A stretch of 42,973 nucleotides of DNA from NCBI RefSeq assembly GCF_004010195.1, contig NW_025214398.1:1-42973 (forward strand), written 5' to 3'. A program made the position numbers and the translations under genes. Numbering within the stretch: position 1 is the first letter of the stretch; every line of letters begins with the position of its first letter. The stretch is from Chiloscyllium plagiosum. Taxonomy: Eukaryota. This document shows positions 36,070-42,973 of this stretch, piece after piece. A model generated the notes under the pieces. The model had not been told where the DNA came from, did not search any database, and worked only from the letters and a program-made list of their open reading frames with translations.

Positions 36070-36504
36070 ACCTGTCTTTGCAGAACGTACAGAATGACAG
36101 ATTCACGCTTATAAAGTCTCTGGCTTACTGGTTAAGAGTTACAGCTGATGGCAACTGCTGTGGGAAAAATAAACTTGCTTTCCTGGTGTAATGTCTCTTT
36201 CCTGTCCTTAAAAAAAAACTTCTTTCCTTGAGGCAATTTGATGGTTTCTCCCAAACATTCATATTCCTGACTTGTTCAGATATCCAGGAGCCAGTTACAC
36301 AGTTGTTGGCAGGCAGAAGACCTCCGTCATCAATAACTGGTCATTTATCCAAAGCTGTTTGTTGCCAGCCACAGCTCCATTTGTGCCCACCCCTTGGATC
36401 CAGCTTGTCTGCAAACTAGTCTTCCACTATTTCTTTAACTATCTGCTGTATGAACAAACAATGAGTGTCCCGTTACTTGTGTTTAAAAAGTGCAGCAATC
36501 TGTT

Positions 36505-37580
36505 AACAGAGTGATAAAACTTAGAAACAGGCTCTTCAGCCAACCATGTCTATGCCAGCCAACAACCACCAATCTACACTAATTCCATTTTCCTGCACTT
36601 GGTTCATAGCCTGTTAAGCCCTCTCATTTTAAGTGCTCGTCCAGATACTAAAACGTTGTGAGAGTACCTTGCTCCACTAACCTCTCGGGCACCACTGTCT
36701 ATGTGACTATTTCTATCACCCTTTGTGTGAATTTTCACCCAGAGGGTATAGAATTTTTTTTTTTAACCAGATCTGGTCCAAACTGCTTACTTCTCACCTT
36801 AAACCTTTGCCCTTTGGTCTTAGACACAAATGAAACTTTTACACCTTCACATGTGAAAGTTCTATTCACAGGAGTGGTGTAGTCCTGTCCCTCCTTCAAC
36901 CATATTTCAGTGACTGCAGCAATACGATATTCCCATGTGCTGAGTAATGCTGTAAACATATCCTTAGTTTTTAAAATAGTACTTTGTATTTTTTTATTGT
37001 GGACTGAAATAGGCATAGTCATAAAAGTCTACACAGAAAAAGGCCGTTTGTCCCATTGAGTCTGTGCTGGTCAAAAATAACCCCTAACTATTGTAATCAC
37101 ATTTTGCAATACTTGGCCCATAACATTATATGCCTTAGCATTGCAAGTGTGTGTCTAAATATTTCTTGAATGTTATGAGGATTACAGGCAGATTACAGGC
37201 AAATTCCCATAATGCTCAGTTTAAAGAAAAAGCTTCTTCACATTGCCTCTAAATCTGCTGCCCTTTATCTTAACTTTACGCCTTCTGGTCATTGATTCCT
37301 TCAAACAGGGGAAAATGTCCTTCCTGTCTATGCTCTTCATAATTTTATATATCTCAAACATGTCCTCCCTCAGTCTCCTCTACTCCAAGGAAAGTACCCC
37401 CGCCCCATCTGTCCGATCTCACTTCATAACTAAAGCTCTCTAGTCCAGACAACATCCTGGTAAATCTCCTCTGCACTCTCTGCAGTGTAATCATTTTTCC
37501 TATAATGTCGTTTCCAGAACTGCACACAGTACTCTAGCTGTGGCCTAACCAATGTTTTATACTGTTCTAGCAGAATCTGT
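36505..37580 (-). mobile_element. Cluster of CR1-clade fragments (two 3' ends plus an endonuclease piece)
   Basis: 3' ends at ~36505-36830 and ~37017-37580. IAAVTEIWLKEGQD (APE motif) at ~36880-36930. Confidence 0.7.
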
Positions 37581-37814
37581 TAAACTCTGCTTTACAGAAA
37601 ACTTAAAAAGCTACGGTCTTCATAACACAAATCTTTATTGCTTTGCTTTCATTCTCACTTTTATCAAAGGCTTCTATCCTCACTGGTTGAACTAAAACAA
37701 GTTAATATGCTATTCTCTTTAGTGTGCGCTAACAGGTTTTAAATTGAGTTATTTATTAAAGTGTTGTTGATTTTCAATTTCCAAGGTTTATCTTTTTTCC
37801 TCCTCCATTTGCAG

Positions 37815-37890
37815 CATATATGTCGGTCAGCAACCCTGGCTGGATGGGGGGAGTTGTATGGGCGCAGTGGATACAACTACTTATTCTCAG
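37815..37890 (+). CDS. MTMR14: MTMR14 coding exon 4 (HICRSATLAGWGELYGRSGYNYLFS-G)
   Basis: Acceptor cctcctccatttgcag|C, donor CAG|GTGAAT, 76 nt. Near-identical to recalled human HICRSATLAGWGELYGRSGYNYFFSG. Confidence 0.97.
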
Positions 37891-38496
37891 GTGAATAATG
37901 ATTTAATTCTTTAGAAATACATGTATATTCTGACCTTACTATAAAAGTAGTTGTAGGAGTATAAATAATTTGAATGGTATAGAATATTCTTTGTTTTTCC
38001 CTCCAAAACTGAATGCTATGGACAAAGAGACCTGGCTGTAACTTCATTCTTCTGCCTTGGCTTGAATTGGGTTGATTTGGCATTGCATTAATGCTACTTG
38101 GCTGGAGGTCAGTGTTCGCTCTGCATGGAGCAGAACTAGGCTGTGCCAGTATAAGATTGAAGTCCTCCTTGCTTTCTGACAGGGGCATATGCATAGTCTT
38201 GCGTAGTAATCGCAGCGTTGAAATGGACTATTTTAGCCCAGTTGTCTATGCCATGTATTTTTGCTGTAGCCGTATCAGAGCACTAGCTGATGACATATTG
38301 TTTTTAAAATCTGATTTGTACTAGAAGTGTAGCTATTGTATTGAAACCATATGCATTATTTTCTGAAATTGTTTAAGTTTCATTGACCTGTTAAGCTGAG
38401 TGCAGTCTGAGTTTGGGGGTAAAGAGAGCTTATATGAAGCTTCTGACAGTAATTGTTTAATTTCATCATGTATGCTTGTTTGATTCCTCCTCTTAG

Positions 38497-38554
38497 GAGG
38501 ATCTGATGATGCAGGAGCAGAGTCTGATGAAGTGCCTGATGATTTTGCAGTACG
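38497..38554 (+). CDS. MTMR14: MTMR14 coding exon 5 (G-GSDDAGAESDEVPDDFAV-R)
   Basis: Acceptor ttcctcctcttag|GA, donor CG|GTAAGT, 58 nt. Phase 1 in and phase 2 out bridge exons 4 and 6 exactly. Acidic linker resembling human GGADDAWADVEDVTEEDCALR. Confidence 0.9.
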
Positions 38555-38714
38555 GTAAGTGACATACTTCATGTTTGGCCTAGAATAGACTGATAACACA
38601 AAAACATGAACCTCGAGTATAGCCTCAGTGTCTTGAATTCATTTCTGTGTGATAGAATAGAAGTTTCTATTTCTTGTTTTCCTCACTTTTCTCTTTTTGA
38701 TTGCAGCTGATCCA

Positions 38715-39470
38715 ATTGTTTAGAAACAAGGCTCATAAATATGTGAATTAAAAGCAGATGCTAATTGGCTGCTCTCGCCTGCTCCACATTTCAAGATCAT
38801 GACTGACCTGGTTACTCCACATTTCTGTCTACCCATGATAATGTTTTTGCCCTCCTTGCTTATCAAAAATTTAACTGACTCTGCTTCCATCACCTTTTTT
38901 GAGGAAGAGAGTTTCAAAGGCAGTCAACCCTCTGAGGGCAAAAGATCTCCTTCCTGTTTTAAATGCGTGACTCCTAGTTGTAAAATCTCCAAGAAGAGGA
39001 AAGGCCCTTCTTTCCACATGCAGCTTGTCAAGGCCCCTTAGATATTCAATCAAGTTGCCTCTTACGCTTCTAAGGTTCAGTAGATACAAGTCTATCCTGT
39101 ACAAACTTTCCTCCAAGACAACGTTCCCATTCCATTGATCTAGTAAACCTTCTCTGAACTGCTTCCCATGATTTACATCTTCCCTTAAATAAGGAAGCTC
39201 AAGGTATGGTCTTATCACTGCCCTGTATATGGCTGCAACATGACATCCTTATTTTGGTATTCAATTTCTCTTGCAATGGCTGATTAGAATTTTATTAGCT
39301 TTCTTGATTACTTGCTGTTCCTGAATGCTAACATATTGCAATTCTTACATAATTCAAAGATCTGCAATCTCTCACCATTTTAGATAATGCTTTTTCATTC
39401 TTTCCACCAAAATGGACAATTTCATATTTCCCCACATCACATTGCATTAGTCAGATGTTTTGTCTACACG
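38715..39470 (-). mobile_element. CR1-clade LINE 3' fragment
   Basis: IRPYLE, VRGNLIEYLRGLDK remnants and a CR1-type tail. Confidence 0.75.
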
Positions 39471-39960
39471 TTTTGGCTATCTTCTGTAGCCTTCTTTCTA
39501 GATTCCATAAATGGTGACTTGTATAATGTAGAAAGGGAACCTAGGACAATGCAAATAGATTTATCTGTGAATGTTGGCTTTATGGTTCCTAGAAAAGTTC
39601 TGACAAACCTTTTTTTTTAAATCTACTGGGGATCAGCAGTGCATTCTTATTAATGGTTAATTTAATCATACTAGAGTTATTTCTCTCAAATCCAAATTGA
39701 ATGAACACCAGGACTGTTTAGCCCCAGTACAAAAACAATGTGCCTTTCTATCAGTATGTGACCCATACTTTGAAGGAATGATGCACTACAAAGAATGAGT
39801 GAGTAGAATATCAAATATTGGAGCTCAATCGTAAATTGTCTTCTCAGAAATATCTGGGCTTATGTTTTCTTAGTGTATATCTGTGGAGAATTTTAACTGA
39901 AGAAGACATGCGATCTTTGTTTTGTTCTGACCTTGCTTCATTTCTTTTTGATTATTCCAG

Positions 39961-40083
39961 GAATGGTGATTCACAGTTGTTTGATAAAGTCCGGGGTCAT
40001 GATATAAAACTGCTGCGCTATCTTTCTGTTCGTTACATCTGTGATCTGATGGTAGAGAAGAAGAAAGTTAAGTTTGGGCTGAA
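39961..40083 (+). CDS. MTMR14: MTMR14 coding exon 6 (NGDSQLFDKVRGHDIKLLRYLSVRYICDLMVEKKKVKFGL-)
   Basis: Acceptor tttttgattattccag|G, donor AA|GTAAGT, 123 nt. Matches recalled LFDKVRGYDIKLLRYLSVKYICDLMVENKKVKFG. Exon 7 was not found before the window end. Confidence 0.96.
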
Positions 40084-40099
40084 GTAAGTGGTTTCTGAA

Positions 40100-40600
40100 A
40101 TTATAAAGAGGAGTAGGCCATTTAGTTATTCGAGCCTTATCCACCATTTAACATGATCATGGCAGATCTAATATTTCAGTGCCTTTTACATACGCCCCAT
40201 TCCCATAACCCTGTATGCCACTGTTAAGAAGAAATCTATCAATCTCCACCTTATACAAATGCAAGCACTAAGCTTTCATAGCCCTCTGGTAAAGAATTCA
40301 ATAAGTTCCCTACCCTCTGCATAAAATAATTTGTCCTCACTTACGCCTTAAGTGGCATCTCCCTTATTTTAAAATTGGATCCCTGGTTCTATACTGTGGA
40401 ACCAGGGAGGCTGGTACAGGAACATTGAGCCAAATGGCTTCCTTCTGTGCCGTAACACTTCCGTGATTCTGAAACATCCTATTTGCATCTCTGCTGCTAA
40501 GTAGTTGGTAAGTTTCTGTGAGATCACTAATTATTCTTTGAAACTCTAGAGAATACAGACCCAATTTGCCCAATCTTTTTTTCATAGAGCAGTCCTGCCT
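40100..40600 (-). mobile_element. CR1-clade LINE 3' fragment
   Basis: RLGKLGLYSLEFQRIISDLTETYQLL remnant. Confidence 0.75.
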
Positions 40601-41519
40601 GATGCCTTGATAACGCTACAGATGTACGTGAGGAAGAGGCATATTAACAGTTATAAAACAAGGAACTCTGAGGGAGGAATGTGATAAATATTAGACTATC
40701 ATGTAGAATCAAGGTTATAATTTGCCTTTATGATCTGAATGCTCAACAATTTAGGATTGTCTCAACGTTTACAATGCCTACGAATGCTTCCTCCCAGACT
40801 TGTTTATTCCTCCTCAAGTAAAATATTCTTATTAATGCCTAATCATGAGCTAGCAACCCAGAGGTTGAGAGTTCAAACTCATCGATGCAAGGTGTGAAAT
40901 GAGTTCCATAAACCTGGTAATGTGTGGTAGCAGGCAGCAGAAAAATGACAACAACGTCTTCAGCATTGCTATACATCCTACTGATTCACTTCAGGAAGAG
41001 GAGTTCCCACCATTACTCTGTCTGTCCGACATGAGATTCTTGTCCCATCTTTGAATGCTAATACCTGCAGAATTTCGGATCGGCTGTAAATGCTGCTTTT
41101 GCATTATTGTATGCATCATAGGAAAAATATTCAGCTAATTTTTAAAATTCTTGTAAAACAAGTCTCCACCCATCATGTGAAGCATAAATGGCAGAGGTAA
41201 TGGAGGTGATTACCATTCCTTCATTGTAATTAATTTTTTAAACATAACATTCCAGCTTCAATAAGAAACCATGTACATGTTAGGAAAAAGAAGAAAAAAA
41301 AATATCCCATATGTTACTCTATCTTTTTTCCCTTTACTGTGCTGACATGTCAGCTTTACATAAATATTTATTGAAAATGCTTTGTATAATTGAGTCTGAA
41401 ATGGACACTTGGGGTATCATATGTCTAAATTGCTTCTGCTTGGTTTTCATTGTTTGAATCTAATGTATTTTCTGACATGTTTTTAGTTTATAATATCTCA
41501 AATTGTAGCATTTTGATTT

Positions 41520-41930
41520 GATTTAATTTATTGTTGTCACTTGCCCAGGTACAGTGAAAATGTTTGCATGCAGTACAGGCAGATCATTCCATACAAAGTG
41601 CATTAGGGTAATAGAACAGAGTGAAGAATTCAGTGTTACGGCTGCGGAGAAGGTACACAGAGTGAGATCAACATTAAATGTAAAATTTGAGGGGTCCATT
41701 CAGAAGTCTAGAAACAGTGGAGAAGAAGCTGGTCTTGAAACTATTTGTACGTGTATATGAACCTTTTATATCTTTTACCTGATGGAAGAGGATGGAACAG
41801 TGTAGAATTGGGGTAGAAGGGGTCTTTGATTATGGGGTTGCTTTCCTGAGGCAGTGGGAAGTATAGATGAAGTCAGTCAATAGGATGCTGGTTTGCATGA
41901 TGGATTGGGCTGTGTTCGTGGCTCTCTAGT
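41520..41930 (-). mobile_element. LINE 3' fragment, possibly Rex1/Babar-like
   Basis: AATAAA-type tail on the minus strand and a degenerate C-terminal coding remnant. Family assignment is from memory only. Confidence 0.4.
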
Positions 41931-42609
41931 GCTTTCACACATATCTATAATTGCCAGATTTCACCATTCATGATATTATAATCTTACTGTTGTGCATATG
42001 TATGTTTTGAAACAAAACTTGCAATCTCCATCTAAAGTCTCAGATTCGGTATTCATGGTTTGCACTTTCCAGAATGTATTCCAGCTTTATCTGACTGCTT
42101 GGTCAAGGCATGAAGAGAGCAGGTGTGCATTATGAATCTCAATAGTTATTGTATTCTATGGGTATTTAATTCTCAAATGCATAACATGAAATCTTCATTC
42201 ACATAGAATTAGCCTGTACAGAAATAGGCCTTTGGAGTAACGTGCTGATATTTATGCTCCACTTGAGATTCTTCCAAACTTCCTGTTTCTAACTTTATTA
42301 GTAACCATCTGTTCTTTTTCACTTTATATGCTTATCGCAACATGTCTATCTGTCAAAGTGAATCCCACATGCTCAAGTGCAATTTGTGGTTTTTCAACAT
42401 AGTATAAATGTAAGTGAAATACATAAATGAGTTCCTGAATCACCCCCTCATGTCTAATTAAAATTTTAAACCTGTATCATCCTATGTTGGGCTCCAATAG
42501 CAAATAGAATTTGATAGTTATCAGGGCATGCTCATGTTTGGTGGCAGATGTGTGTATTTTGAATTCAAGCACTGAAAGTTTGAAAATAGTCAATGTCCCA
42601 CTTTAATTT

Positions 42610-42973
42610 GCTCAATCATGTCAATTAAACTCCTTGCAGATGACACCAAAATTGGAGATGTAGTGGACAGGAAAGAAGGTCACCTCTGTACAATGGGATT
42701 TTGATCAGATAGGCCAATGGATTGAGGAGTGGCAGATGGAGTTTAATTTAGATAAATGTGATGTGTTACATTTTGGAAAGATAAATCAGGCCAAGACTTA
42801 TATACTTAATGGTAAGGTCCTGCGGAGTGGTATTGAACAAAGAGACCTTGGAGTGCAGGTTCATAGTTCCTTGAAAGTGGAGTTGCAGGTAGATAGCAAA
42901 GTGAAGAAGGCATTTGATAGGCTTCCTTTATTGATCAGAGCACTGAGTATTGGAGTTGGGAGGTCATTGTTGC
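42610..42973 (+). mobile_element. CR1-clade LINE RT fragment (runs off window)
   Basis: ADDTKIG, WQMEFNLDKCDVLHFG and EQRDLGVQVHSSLKV motifs. Confidence 0.9.

Noticed and set aside
35380..36510. LTR interrupted by the HE1 SINE
   Set aside because: Composition is LTR-like, but termini and TSD could not be resolved.
38230..38300. H/ACA or C/D snoRNA in intron 4
   Set aside because: An ACA follows a weak hairpin but there is no ANANNA H box, and the C/D-like boxes are too close together.
40084..42973. MTMR14 exon 7
   Set aside because: No VTSSEKVDK-like coding segment was seen. It presumably lies beyond the window.

Overview
Eukaryotic, repeat-rich vertebrate genomic DNA. The repeat families (HE1-type tRNA SINEs, CR1/HER1 LINEs, Deu-domain SINEs, Penelope-like elements) point to a shark or other elasmobranch; this is inferred from memory of those families, not from a search. 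One protein-coding gene is supported: MTMR14 (myotubularin-related protein 14, 'Jumpy') on the + strand. It has a CpG-island promoter at ~18.2-18.95 kb and coding exons 1-6 (18496-18636, 24852-25000, 32723-32831, 37815-37890, 38497-38554, 39961-40083). All introns are GT-AG and phase-consistent, and the gene continues past the window end. The first 18 kb are intergenic and made of TE remnants: two solo LTRs with TSDs, a Gypsy relic, RTE, CR1 and a Penelope GIY-YIG fragment. The most notable signal is a set of minimal hammerhead-ribozyme (HHR) motifs in Penelope-derived inserts. Two are ~220-bp fold-back elements (89-90-bp inverted arms, each with its own 14-bp TSD) that bracket MTMR14 exons 2-3. 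A third is a 79-bp HHR-plus-tail insertion with a 12-bp TSD. Most ORFs in the supplied track are TE fragments or spurious.
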